Part shown: positions 37,231 through 46,378 of the stretch, piece by piece
Position numbering within the stretch: position 1 is the first letter of the stretch
Layout of the letters: the number at the start of each line of letters is the position of its first letter
Assembly: GCA_027053075.1 (NCBI GenBank)
Contig: JALUEE010000017.1
Coordinates: 1 to 56,160 of the forward strand
Direction: 5' to 3'
DNA from: a candidate division WOR-3 bacterium
GTDB taxonomy: Bacteria > Hydrothermota > Hydrothermia > B15-G9 > WFZT01
DNA length: 56,160 nucleotides
The notes under the pieces: generated by a model
Told to the model about the DNA's origin: nothing
The model's input: the letters and a program-made list of their open reading frames with translations, nothing else
Databases searched by the model: none
Position numbers and translations under genes: made by a program

Positions 37231-38328
37231 ATGTATAAAGACGGAAATATAGGATTTCATATAACAGAACTGTACAAAAAAGCGCTCGAGATAATCCCAT
37301 TTGACAAGCAGGTAGAGTTATCTGTAGAAACGGCTGAGATATTCCTGAGCATAGGCGAAATTCGAAAAGCAGAAGAAACTGTGCAAAAAATTGTATCTAG
37401 TAGTGAATTTCCTAAACTCCCGGCTAATTTAAGATATACGGTATTCAACAAATTATTCAAAATTTACTATAAGTCAGGGAATTACGTAAAAGCTGAAGAT
37501 ACTCTGAAGAAACTACTCGAGATTTCAAAAGATATTAAGGATGAAAACCTATTATGCAATATCTATGTAAAATTTGGTAATGTTTACGCCCGAAAACGCG
37601 ACTTTGAAAAAGCCAAAGAGTTTTACACCAAAGCTGTTGAGATAGGAGAGCAAACGGATGGTGCAAGAAGATGTTTGGCCTCCGCCTACAACAACATTGC
37701 TGTGTACTATATTTTAGTTAACAACGATTCCGACCGCGCATTGATATATTTCCAGAAAGCTCTATCACTATATGAGTCCGAATCCAACAATATAAGTATT
37801 ATTGCCCGAATAATTCTGAACCTTGGTAACCTATTTAAAACCAAAGGATACTACGAAAAAGCCCAAGACTATTATCAAAGAGCACACTCATTCGCAATTA
37901 AACACCATCTATTAGACATATTGGCCAATGTCTACCACGAGAAATCCGAAATATTTTTTGCAATAGAGGAATACGAACTTAGCGAAATATTTATAAAGAA
38001 AGCGCTTGAGCTTCATAAAGCACTGAATGGGCGAGAAGGTGATTATAGAGCAGGTCAGGCATTCGAATTACTTGCGAAAATTGAGGAGAAAAAGGGTGGT
38101 AGCATCGAGAGAATCCGGGAATATGTCCACGAAGCAATTGGCTATTATACCAAAAGCGAGTCGTGGGACGATGCAATAAAACTATATGATTTTCTTGGAG
38201 ACGTCGCTTATAAGCGGGGAGTTTACTCTATATCTAAAGAATCATACGAGAATGGACTAATATTCGCCCAAAAATACGGTATTGAGGAGTATAAACAAAA
38301 ATTACAAGATAAGTTGAGACTTTTATGA
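37231..38328 (+). CDS. Tetratricopeptide repeat protein (no output domain)
   Basis: Repeated TPR signatures (FGNVY..KAKEFYTKA, YNNIAVYY..ALIYFQKA, NLGNLF..AQDYYQRA). Confidence 0.85.
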   Translation: MYKDGNIGFHITELYKKALEIIPFDKQVELSVETAEIFLSIGEIRKAEETVQKIVSSSEFPKLPANLRYTVFNKLFKIYYKSGNYVKAEDTLKKLLEISKDIKDENLLCNIYVKFGNVYARKRDFEKAKEFYTKAVEIGEQTDGARRCLASAYNNIAVYYILVNNDSDRALIYFQKALSLYESESNNISIIARIILNLGNLFKTKGYYEKAQDYYQRAHSFAIKHHLLDILANVYHEKSEIFFAIEEYELSEIFIKKALELHKALNGREGDYRAGQAFELLAKIEEKKGGSIERIREYVHEAIGYYTKSESWDDAIKLYDFLGDVAYKRGVYSISKESYENGLIFAQKYGIEEYKQKLQDKLRLL

Positions 38329-39998
38329 AAGTTAATTCGGATGATGCGATAGAGCACTGTTACAAGAACACTGAAGGCAAAAGTGAAGGTGAACTCGTGC
38401 GCTGCTTGGAAAAGGAGGTAAAGAGTGCGGAGCGATCTGGAGATAGAGAGAAGGAACTCGGAATACTCCTGAAAATAGCTAATATATTGATTCAACGGGG
38501 TGAAATTAGGAAATCAGTGAGTTACATAGAGACTGTTCGAAACAGAATTGAGAACTTAAAAGATGGCGAGTATAAAGCGAGAATGTGCTTGCGGTTAGGT
38601 AGATTATATCAAGAAATTGAACGGTACGATAAAGCGCTCTTCTTTTACAGAGAAGCTGAGAACCTGCTAACTCCCTATGACTCCAAGAACATTGAAGCCA
38701 ATAAGTTACTAATAAATATAAAAAATAACAAAGCTGTGATATTTCTATTTCAAGGAAACGTTGAAGAAGCCATAAGGCAGTTAGAGGGGGTGGTTTTAAT
38801 TTATGAAAACTCTACATTTAAAACCGTTAAAGAAACCAAAATATATATATCCGCATTGGCAAACCTCGGCAATATCTATCACGAACTAAACAACTCCAAC
38901 AAAGCCTTATATTACTTCGAGAAAGCAAAAGAAAAACTTTCAGATTTAGTAATCTCTAACAAGGACGTAATTGGTAAAAAGGTCGCCTTTGGGGTCTATA
39001 TAAACCTATCCCACCTTTACGTTCACGAAAGAAAATTGGAATCTGCCAAAAGGCTGTTAAAATTGGCGAGAAAGAATTTCCCACCTAATTACAGATTATC
39101 TAAAATTCATTATCTAATCGTACTATCAAAATTCTGGATGGAAAAAGGTAATTATGATCATGCAGTTAAAATTCTACAAAAAGCTCAAAAGCTCGGGAAT
39201 GAAACCAAACACGAATACGTAGAAGGTCTCATTCTAAATGAATTAGGTATATTTTATAAAACCATCGGGGATTATCAAAATGCTCTAATCAATCTCATTA
39301 AAGCGAGAAATTTCTTCCAGAAAATAAAATTCTATAAAGCACGCGTAAAAAATACAATTGACGAGATCGAAGGTAATTTCATAAAAATTGCTTCGCAGTG
39401 GGGGGCAAAGGTTGAGCTTAAGGATCCGTATACGCTCGGACATTCTGCGAGGACCACCTACTATGCATTTCTTATCGGTAAAAGACTACTGGATGATGAG
39501 CTCTCACTTAAGGGGCTTTTAATAGGAGGCTTCCTCCACGACATAGGCAAACTCAAAATCGACGATAAAATCCTTTTGAAACGCGGAAAATTGACTCCGG
39601 AAGAAAGAAAAGAGATCGAAAAACACCCTGTTTACGCAATTGAGCAGCTTAAAAATATCGAATTCCCTTGGAAAAATGTGAAGGACTGCATTCTGTACCA
39701 TCATGAAAAGTATAATGGGACAGGATATCCTGAAGGTTTAAAAGGAGAGCAAATACCATTGTGTGCAAGAATTATAGCTGTGGCCGACGTTTTCGATGCC
39801 CTCACCACTGATAGACCTTACCGTTCAGCACTTTCCTGGCAGGAGGCTCTGAGTTTCATTCAGGAAAACAAAGGAAAATATTTTGACCCAGTTGTAGTAG
39901 ATACCTTTGCAGAAATCCTTGAGAAACTTGATAAAAGCCTCATAAGCACCCAACACACAAAACACATGGTTGAAGAGCTATGGAGATTTTTCGCTTAA
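38325..39998 (+). CDS. TPR-domain HD-GYP cyclic-dinucleotide phosphodiesterase
   Basis: N-terminal TPRs; KDPYTLGHS, LHDIGK, KHP, HHEKYNGTGYP, ADVFDALTTDRPYR; ATGA overlap with the TPR gene. Confidence 0.9.
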   Translation: MKVNSDDAIEHCYKNTEGKSEGELVRCLEKEVKSAERSGDREKELGILLKIANILIQRGEIRKSVSYIETVRNRIENLKDGEYKARMCLRLGRLYQEIERYDKALFFYREAENLLTPYDSKNIEANKLLINIKNNKAVIFLFQGNVEEAIRQLEGVVLIYENSTFKTVKETKIYISALANLGNIYHELNNSNKALYYFEKAKEKLSDLVISNKDVIGKKVAFGVYINLSHLYVHERKLESAKRLLKLARKNFPPNYRLSKIHYLIVLSKFWMEKGNYDHAVKILQKAQKLGNETKHEYVEGLILNELGIFYKTIGDYQNALINLIKARNFFQKIKFYKARVKNTIDEIEGNFIKIASQWGAKVELKDPYTLGHSARTTYYAFLIGKRLLDDELSLKGLLIGGFLHDIGKLKIDDKILLKRGKLTPEERKEIEKHPVYAIEQLKNIEFPWKNVKDCILYHHEKYNGTGYPEGLKGEQIPLCARIIAVADVFDALTTDRPYRSALSWQEALSFIQENKGKYFDPVVVDTFAEILEKLDKSLISTQHTKHMVEELWRFFA

Positions 39999-42098
39999 GT
40001 AAGAGAGAAGAGTATACCTCTTCATCGGTTTGACGTTCTTTACTGCTATTTGGATTGCCCTGGGGTGGGCGAAGAGGGTTAAAACCCTCTTCGCCCTTGT
40101 TATTGCTGTATAAAACCAATTCCTGTGTAAAAACACATAGTGTGAGAGACTCATCACCAGTAGAGCAACATCAAATTCTGACCCCTGAGCCTTATGGACT
40201 GTTAACGCATATGCATGATCTGTCTCATCCCTCAATTCCTCAAAGGTGTATTCTATAAATCTTTCGCCATCTCCGTCTTCAAATCTGACAATGGCCATCC
40301 CATTCTCTTTGTCTATGGAATAGATCTCACCAATTTCACCATTGAAAACCACTCTTTCATAGTCATTTACAATCTGTATAATGCGATCACCCTCACGAAA
40401 GACTCGCTCCCCAATTTGCACCTCTACTTTATCACTCGCTGGAGGATTCAAAAGCCCCTGGGCAATAAAGTTTAAATTCTTCGTTCCCAAAATACCCCGT
40501 CTCTGCGGGGTAATGAGCTGAATTTGATTACCAAAATAAACTATCGCCCTCTTCAGAGGCTCTACAAAATCCTCATTTTTCTCAAAATACTTCACAATAA
40601 AATCCTCATTGTTGACGATCTCGGGTAGTTTCCCTTCACGAATATTTCTCGCATTCAGTGCAATTGAAGAGCCTGGACCCTGACGATAGACATGTTTAAG
40701 AGTAACAGAAGGAAATTCCATATTAAGAAGGTCTGTCAGAAGATTCCCCGGTCCTATACTCGGTAGCTGGGCCGGGTCTCCAACAAGCACAACCCTCGCG
40801 TGGAAAGGAAGCGCACTTAGCAACCTGTAAAACAAAGGCATTGAAACCATCGAAACCTCGTCTACTAAAACCGCATCCACACTCAAAGGATTATCAGCGT
40901 TAAACTCATACCTCTCGCCATTAAATTTTAGAAGTCTATGAATGGTCTTTGCCTTGCGACCCGTGAGTTCATGCAACCTCTTCGCGGCCTTACCTGTTGG
41001 TGCACAAATTTCATATCTAAATCCAAGCTCATCCCATAAATCAAGAATGATTTTTGATAAAAGACTCTTACCTGTACCCGCATATCCCGTAATGAGAGAA
41101 AAGTTATAAAAGTAAGGCAGAATTGCCCCCTCAATCTGTTCCGTTGAGAGTGATACTCCGTATCTCTCCCTTGCCAGAGCTGCCACCTTTTCCCGCACTC
41201 TGGCCATATCGTCATCCGTCGGTGGCGATTCTGTTTCTTTAAACAATTCCAACCTCTGGAAAATATAATTTGCCATTGAATAGAAAGATTTAAGGGCGAT
41301 AATGTTGCCTTCCAGAAATATTTTTCCATTTTTTGCAAGCTCTGCGATAGCTCGGTCAACGAGTTCGTAATTCTCAATCTTCAAATTCCTCATTGATTCG
41401 AAAAAAGTATCCATTGGTAGGTACGTGTGACCACTTTCTGCTGCCTGCTCGAGCACGTATATCACTGCGGCCCTGATGCGTCTTGGATCTTCGGGCTTCA
41501 CTCCAATTTGCTGAGCAAGATTGTCTGCCTTTTTAAAACCTATACCCCAGATTTCCGTAAGAACGTATGGATTCTCCTCAAGAATCTCCTTTGTTTTATC
41601 TCCATACTCCTTATAAATCTTAAGGGCCATCTTTGGGGTTATTCCGAGGCCGGTGAGATATGAGAGGGCCCTTCCTGAAAATCTGTGAACTTCCCACGAG
41701 GATTTAATGAGATTCAGCGTCTTTTCACCTATACCCGGCACTTCTTTTAGCCTATCAGGATCATAGTCAAGAATCTCGATGAGTTTTTTTACCCCAAATT
41801 GCCTAACAAGCTGATTGGCCTTCTTAAACCCCAATCCTTTAATAAAGCCCGCAAGAAAATTGACAAAACCCGCCTCCGAATCTGGCATGGTTACTTCATA
41901 AGAGTTGGCAAAGAAATAAGGGCCGTATTTCCTGCTATTTTTCCATTCCCCTTTGAAGATATATTCAGTATCCAGGGCAACTTCATCAAAAAAACCAGCT
42001 ACTCTAACATACCCTTTGTTAGTCTTAACATCTAAAACTGTGTAACCATCGGGGGATTTGTAAATCACATAAACCACTTTGCCTCTTAACGCTTCCAT
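39978..42098 (-). CDS. recD2: ATP-dependent RecD2 (SF1B) DNA helicase
   Basis: HhH motifs, ENPYVL..GIGFKKAD, GYAGTGKS, APTGKAA, TIHRLL, DEVSM, GDPAQLPSIGPG, TVHKAQGSEF, YTAITRA. Confidence 0.93.
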   Translation of the reverse strand: MEALRGKVVYVIYKSPDGYTVLDVKTNKGYVRVAGFFDEVALDTEYIFKGEWKNSRKYGPYFFANSYEVTMPDSEAGFVNFLAGFIKGLGFKKANQLVRQFGVKKLIEILDYDPDRLKEVPGIGEKTLNLIKSSWEVHRFSGRALSYLTGLGITPKMALKIYKEYGDKTKEILEENPYVLTEIWGIGFKKADNLAQQIGVKPEDPRRIRAAVIYVLEQAAESGHTYLPMDTFFESMRNLKIENYELVDRAIAELAKNGKIFLEGNIIALKSFYSMANYIFQRLELFKETESPPTDDDMARVREKVAALARERYGVSLSTEQIEGAILPYFYNFSLITGYAGTGKSLLSKIILDLWDELGFRYEICAPTGKAAKRLHELTGRKAKTIHRLLKFNGERYEFNADNPLSVDAVLVDEVSMVSMPLFYRLLSALPFHARVVLVGDPAQLPSIGPGNLLTDLLNMEFPSVTLKHVYRQGPGSSIALNARNIREGKLPEIVNNEDFIVKYFEKNEDFVEPLKRAIVYFGNQIQLITPQRRGILGTKNLNFIAQGLLNPPASDKVEVQIGERVFREGDRIIQIVNDYERVVFNGEIGEIYSIDKENGMAIVRFEDGDGERFIEYTFEELRDETDHAYALTVHKAQGSEFDVALLVMSLSHYVFLHRNWFYTAITRAKRVLTLFAHPRAIQIAVKNVKPMKRYTLLSYLSEKSP

Positions 42099-42194
42099 CG
42101 GGTTCAAAAATACAGAATGCCAGAAAGAATGGCAACCCTCGACATATCAACGGCGATTGATTAATATTTTACCATTATCGCAAGGAGTAAAGAG

Positions 42195-42533
42195 ATGGCT
42201 CTGATTAGAAACTATAAAGAGGTACTCGAGCAAAAAGTAAATGAGGGAAAAGGTGTAAGAGTAAGATGGCTCATATCAAAGCCAGAAGGCGCTCCAAACT
42301 TCGCGATGAGGCTGTTTACGGTGGAACCGGGCGGCTATACCCCCTTCCACTCCCACCCCTGGGAACACGAGGTCTTCATATTGAATGGAGAAGGTGAGCT
42401 GGTAGGTGAAAACGATACCATGCCATTCAAAGAGGGGGATGCGATATTCGTTAAACCCCTTGAGTATCATCAATTTAAAAACACAGGAGACGATGATCTG
42501 AGGTTTATCTGTGTGATCCCGATTATAGATTAG
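42195..42533 (+). CDS. Cupin domain protein
   Basis: FAMRLF.VEPGG.TP.HSHPWEHE, HQFKN. Confidence 0.9.
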   Translation: MALIRNYKEVLEQKVNEGKGVRVRWLISKPEGAPNFAMRLFTVEPGGYTPFHSHPWEHEVFILNGEGELVGENDTMPFKEGDAIFVKPLEYHQFKNTGDDDLRFICVIPIID

Positions 42534-43098
42534 TTCCCTTACTGCTCCCGGGTTTTACAAGAGGTACTCCAGCCCTGCAAAGCGGGCATTCTTCAGGTTT
42601 GTAATTTTTAACTTTAACTCGCAAAAGCGAAACCAATGGAACTCCTGCATTAAAATTTTCACTCCTGTCTACGAACACAAATGCCCCCACAATCTTTGCT
42701 CCAAATGGTTTTATGGCTTCGAAGGTTTCAAGCAACGATTTTCCGGTTGTTAAAACATCATCGACCACGAGTACCCTATCTTCGGGCTTGAGCTTGAAAC
42801 CCCGCCTTAATACTCTTCCTCCACTCTCTCCTCTCTCCGCATAATACGCCTTTACTCCCAGTTGACGGGCCACCTCAAAGGCAACAGCAACTCCGCCTAT
42901 GGTTGGTCCCACCACAACATCCGGAGAAAACTCTCTCAGTTTATCTATCACCGTTGATATTAATCTCTCTGTCAGACGCGGGTCCTCAAGGATGCGAAAC
43001 TTCTCAAAATATGTATCTGAATGCAAACCTGAGGTAAGCAGAAAATGCCCCTTTAGGATGGCTCCTCTTTCGATTAAAATCTTCTCGACGTCTATCAT
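42523..43098 (-). CDS. pyrE: Orotate phosphoribosyltransferase
   Basis: GHFLLTSGLHS, VLVVDDVLTTGKS, CPLC..KPGS. Confidence 0.93.
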   Translation of the reverse strand: MIDVEKILIERGAILKGHFLLTSGLHSDTYFEKFRILEDPRLTERLISTVIDKLREFSPDVVVGPTIGGVAVAFEVARQLGVKAYYAERGESGGRVLRRGFKLKPEDRVLVVDDVLTTGKSLLETFEAIKPFGAKIVGAFVFVDRSENFNAGVPLVSLLRVKVKNYKPEECPLCRAGVPLVKPGSSKGTNL

Positions 43099-43325
43099 TC
43101 TAATTTAACAAACAGACTGGACTCGCCTGTGGCTTTGTTTAGCTCCTCCATCAATTTATCGATATCCTTAACCCCGTACTTTTCAGCATTCTCTCCGATG
43201 GTTCCCCATAACGGCTCACCACACACGAGAGCGGGAATCCCAAATTTTATCATAACTTTAATGGTTTGAGGCCATCGAGTTATAACTTCTTCGACAGTCA
43301 TTTCTGGCGTTATTTTCTTTTCCAT
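43095..43325 (-). CDS. DUF1858 domain protein
   Basis: ITPEMTVEEVI..WP..F, C, LMEELN; TTGACC-N18-TATAAT-N7-ATG. Confidence 0.8.
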   Translation of the reverse strand: MEKKITPEMTVEEVITRWPQTIKVMIKFGIPALVCGEPLWGTIGENAEKYGVKDIDKLMEELNKATGESSLFVKLE

Positions 43326-43361
43326 GCCAATCATTATAATCTTTCAAAGTTAAACAGGTCA

Positions 43362-43511
43362 AACAGACGAGAGCGCATTCGGAAATGTTCCCCTCTCCCA
43401 TCCTCCCCCCACGCACAAAGTGCGTGGGGGGAGGAAATAGGTGGGGGGATTCATATTAAAATTCCAAATAAATTGAAATTTTTCGAACAGGCTCAACAAA
43501 CGAGAGCGCAT
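43362..43511. mobile_element. MITE-like element with family-2 hairpin, imperfect terminal inverted repeats and flanking 17-bp direct repeat
   Basis: GAGCGCATTCGGAAA (43371) ... TTTTCGAACAGGCTC (43480-43494); stem 43401-43435 identical to 18132-18166; AACA[G/A]ACGAGAGCGCAT at 43362 and 43495. Confidence 0.55.
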
Positions 43512-43702
43512 CGCTTCATCTGAAATTTCTTCCATCAAACTTTTAAATGTTTATCAAAAGCATCCAATATCATGCCAGGCTTCTTGTTTTAAATTTCGAC
43601 CGCAATATTCGGAATCATCTTTGATGTAAATTTATGGATATTTCTAAATTTGAAATTTTTACACCAATCCGTTATATTGAGGGCCAAAAAGGAGGTATCA
43701 TT

Positions 43703-44509
43703 ATGGTGGAGAAATTGCAACTTCTCTCCGGACTTGCCATATCCTACAGTTTGAAGCTCCTGGGGGCTATTGCTATATTCATCATTGGGAAATGGATTTC
43801 CAGAAAGATAGCAAATCTGACAGAATCGATGCTTGAAAAGAGCAAAACCGATGTAACATTGAGGTCATTCCTCGGCAACGTAATTTATGCAATCCTTTTG
43901 ATTATAGTGATAATAATGGCTCTCGGAACACTGGGAATTCAGACAACGTCTTTTGTAGCCGTTCTTGGAGCTGCAACTCTGGCTGTCGGCCTCGCCCTCC
44001 AGAGCAATCTGTCAAATTTCGGTGCTGGGGTTATGATTCTCTTGCTCAGACCGTTCAAAGTGGGAGATGCAGTTGAAGCGGGCGGTGCCACTGGAATCGT
44101 AGAGAGTATCGGTATTTTCAGCACAAAGATTAAAACGTTCGACAACAAAGTGGTAATTGTGCCCAACTCAAGCATAATCAGCTCAAATATCACAAATTAT
44201 TCCGAAAAAGACACACGCAGAATTGACCTCGTCATAGGCGTCGGTTACGATGACGACCTCAAAAAGGTTAAAGATGAACTGTGGAGCATCTTGAACGAGG
44301 ATGAAAGAATTCTAAAGGACCCAGCGCCTACAGTGGCCGTATCCGAGCTTGCCGATAGTAGTGTAAATTTTGTTGTGAGACCCTGGGTTAAAACATCTGA
44401 CTACTGGGCCGTGTATTTTGACCTGCTTGAGAAGATTAAAACGAGATTTGATGAGAAGGGAATCAACATCCCGTATCCCCAGTTGGATGTGCACCTGGCG
44501 AAAGAATGA
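43703..44509 (+). CDS. mscS: Small-conductance mechanosensitive channel
   Basis: AVGLALQSNLSNFGAG, RPFKVGD, IVPNS, INIPYPQ; GGAGG RBS. Confidence 0.94.
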   Translation: MVEKLQLLSGLAISYSLKLLGAIAIFIIGKWISRKIANLTESMLEKSKTDVTLRSFLGNVIYAILLIIVIIMALGTLGIQTTSFVAVLGAATLAVGLALQSNLSNFGAGVMILLLRPFKVGDAVEAGGATGIVESIGIFSTKIKTFDNKVVIVPNSSIISSNITNYSEKDTRRIDLVIGVGYDDDLKKVKDELWSILNEDERILKDPAPTVAVSELADSSVNFVVRPWVKTSDYWAVYFDLLEKIKTRFDEKGINIPYPQLDVHLAKE

Positions 44510-44571
44510 GAATCAGTCGTTTCCACTCGTCTAAAACTTGATTTATCAAACAACAGTTAATGATGAAGTAA

Positions 44572-44614
44572 TGAGGGGGGCGGGCGATTTTGAAAAAATC
44601 GCCCGCCCCCCTCA
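44572..44614. terminator. 20-bp perfect hairpin after mscS
   Basis: TGAGGGGGGCGGGCGATTTT-GAA-AAAATCGCCCGCCCCCCTCA. Confidence 0.65.
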
Positions 44615-44827
44615 AAATTCATTCAAACTCCCAAACCACTCACCCAGCAAGTGCCCGGTCAAAAAACAGGCAGCAACTCCTATAAAGTAAGTTTTAGGCC
44701 ACACACGAAGATTACCTTCCATATATGGCCCAGCGTTTAAAGCAGGTTTAATCATATTAGCACGAAAGAGTCATTGACATGTAATGATTCCCGATTTTAT
44801 CATCTATCAAAATTCCTGGAGGTTCCT

Positions 44828-45379
44828 ATGAACAACGTAAAAAAATCTTTAATATTTGGTCTCATAATTGGTGCTGTGATAGCCTTTGTGATCTCCCTCA
44901 TTGGGGCTCAGATCGTCCAATCAACCTCAAAACCTGAATTCTGCGCTTCGTGCCACGAGATGAAGCCCATGTACGAAACCTGGCTTAAGGGACCCCACGG
45001 TCCTCTCTACGAGAATGGTAGAGGCGTGGAGCGGGCAAGGTGCGTTGACTGCCATCTGCCTCACGGAACAAACGTAGTCAACTACCTCATTGCAAAGGGC
45101 ATAAGCGGAACAAAAGACTTTGTGGTTCATATCACAGGCCCCGGGAGAGTTGACTGGGAAAAGAAATTAGATGAGCCTCAGAAGTATGTTTACGTCAAAA
45201 GCTGCCTCCATTGTCATACAAATCTTACAGATGCCCCGGGTCTCAGCGACGATGCAAAAGAGGCCCACAAAGAGGCCTTTCAGGATACAAAATACCCCAA
45301 CTGTCTCGATTGCCACGATTACGCCGGACACGGGGAGGACTTCGCCGACAAACTACAGGAATACCTGAAGAAAAAATAA
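44828..45379 (+). CDS. NapC/NirT/NrfH family tetraheme cytochrome c
   Basis: N-terminal TM; CASCHEM, CVDCH, CLHCH, CLDCH; TTGACA-N18-TATCAT promoter at 44774 and GGAGG RBS. Confidence 0.92.
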   Translation: MNNVKKSLIFGLIIGAVIAFVISLIGAQIVQSTSKPEFCASCHEMKPMYETWLKGPHGPLYENGRGVERARCVDCHLPHGTNVVNYLIAKGISGTKDFVVHITGPGRVDWEKKLDEPQKYVYVKSCLHCHTNLTDAPGLSDDAKEAHKEAFQDTKYPNCLDCHDYAGHGEDFADKLQEYLKKK

Positions 45380-45380
45380 A

Positions 45381-45502
45381 ATCCATTTCCCTTAGGGAAG
45401 GTAGGGCCGGGTAGAATGGGAGAAAATTATAGTTGAATTTTAGACTCTTCTAATTTTCCATTCTCCTCTACCCCCCTCTTTCCAGAGGAAGGAGGGGAAT
45501 TT
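45381..45502. repeat. Inverted pair of family-1 palindromic elements
   Basis: 45381-45420 (-) and 45458-45502 (+), degenerate copies of the 17821 element. Confidence 0.7.
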
Positions 45503-45703
45503 CAATAACTCGGCTCGAATAAACTTATGAATTTTTGTGTATATTGAGGCCCCAAAGGCAATTTTTGAGAAGTAAGAGGCAGGTTCAAAAAATTTATAAT
45601 AAATAGAACACCTCAACTGTTATTCCCACTGCTCACTCCGTGTGTGATGGAAAATAGAGAAAAGGAATTTCCAATATGTCCCCACAACATCCAAAATCTA
45701 TGC

Positions 45704-46378
45704 TTACTTTACAAGCCTTCCATCCACTAAATGATAAGTAGCCTTGAAATATTTACCGAGTTGCTCGTTGTGGGTGACAAGCACAATGGTTGTCCCCTCC
45801 TCGTTTAATCTGAGAAGTAAATCCATCAACATGTCTGCGTTTTTCCTATCAAGGTTCCCGGTTGGCTCATCTGCAAGAAGCACGTCCGGCCCGTTTATCA
45901 GAGCACGGGCCACCGCAACCCTCTGACGCTCACCACCGGAAAGCTCAGAAGGATAATGATGCGAGCGCCCCGAAAGCCCCAATTTTTCAAGCAACTCCCC
46001 TACCCTCTTACCTGCCTTCGAGCGACTCTCCCCTTTTATCAAAAGCGGCAGCATCACGTTTTCTAAGGCATTAAACTCCGGGAGCAGATTGTGAAACTGA
46101 AAGACAAATCCGATTCTCCTGTTCCTGAGCCTTGAGAGGGCCTCATCATCTAATGAAGTTATAGCCTTATCTCCATAAAAAACTTCACCCTCATCGGGCT
46201 TCTCGAGTGTGCCTATGATACTGAGCAGCGTGGACTTACCTGAGCCCGAAGGCCCCATTATTCCAATAAAGTCCCCCCTATTAATCTCAAGGTCCACCCC
46301 CTTCAACACCTCAAGCAAAACCTCGCCCGACCTGTAACTCTTTTTGATCCCTGCAAGCCTCACAATTGGATCACTCAT
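45704..46378 (-). CDS. lolD: Lipoprotein-releasing ABC transporter ATP-binding protein
   Basis: GPSGSGKST, FVFQFHNLL.EF.ALENV, LSGGERQR, DEPTGNLD. Confidence 0.88.
   Translation of the reverse strand: MSDPIVRLAGIKKSYRSGEVLLEVLKGVDLEINRGDFIGIMGPSGSGKSTLLSIIGTLEKPDEGEVFYGDKAITSLDDEALSRLRNRRIGFVFQFHNLLPEFNALENVMLPLLIKGESRSKAGKRVGELLEKLGLSGRSHHYPSELSGGERQRVAVARALINGPDVLLADEPTGNLDRKNADMLMDLLLRLNEEGTTIVLVTHNEQLGKYFKATYHLVDGRLVK

Noticed and set aside
43563..43580. Sigma54-like TGGCAT motif on the minus strand
   Set aside because: No GC at the -12 position
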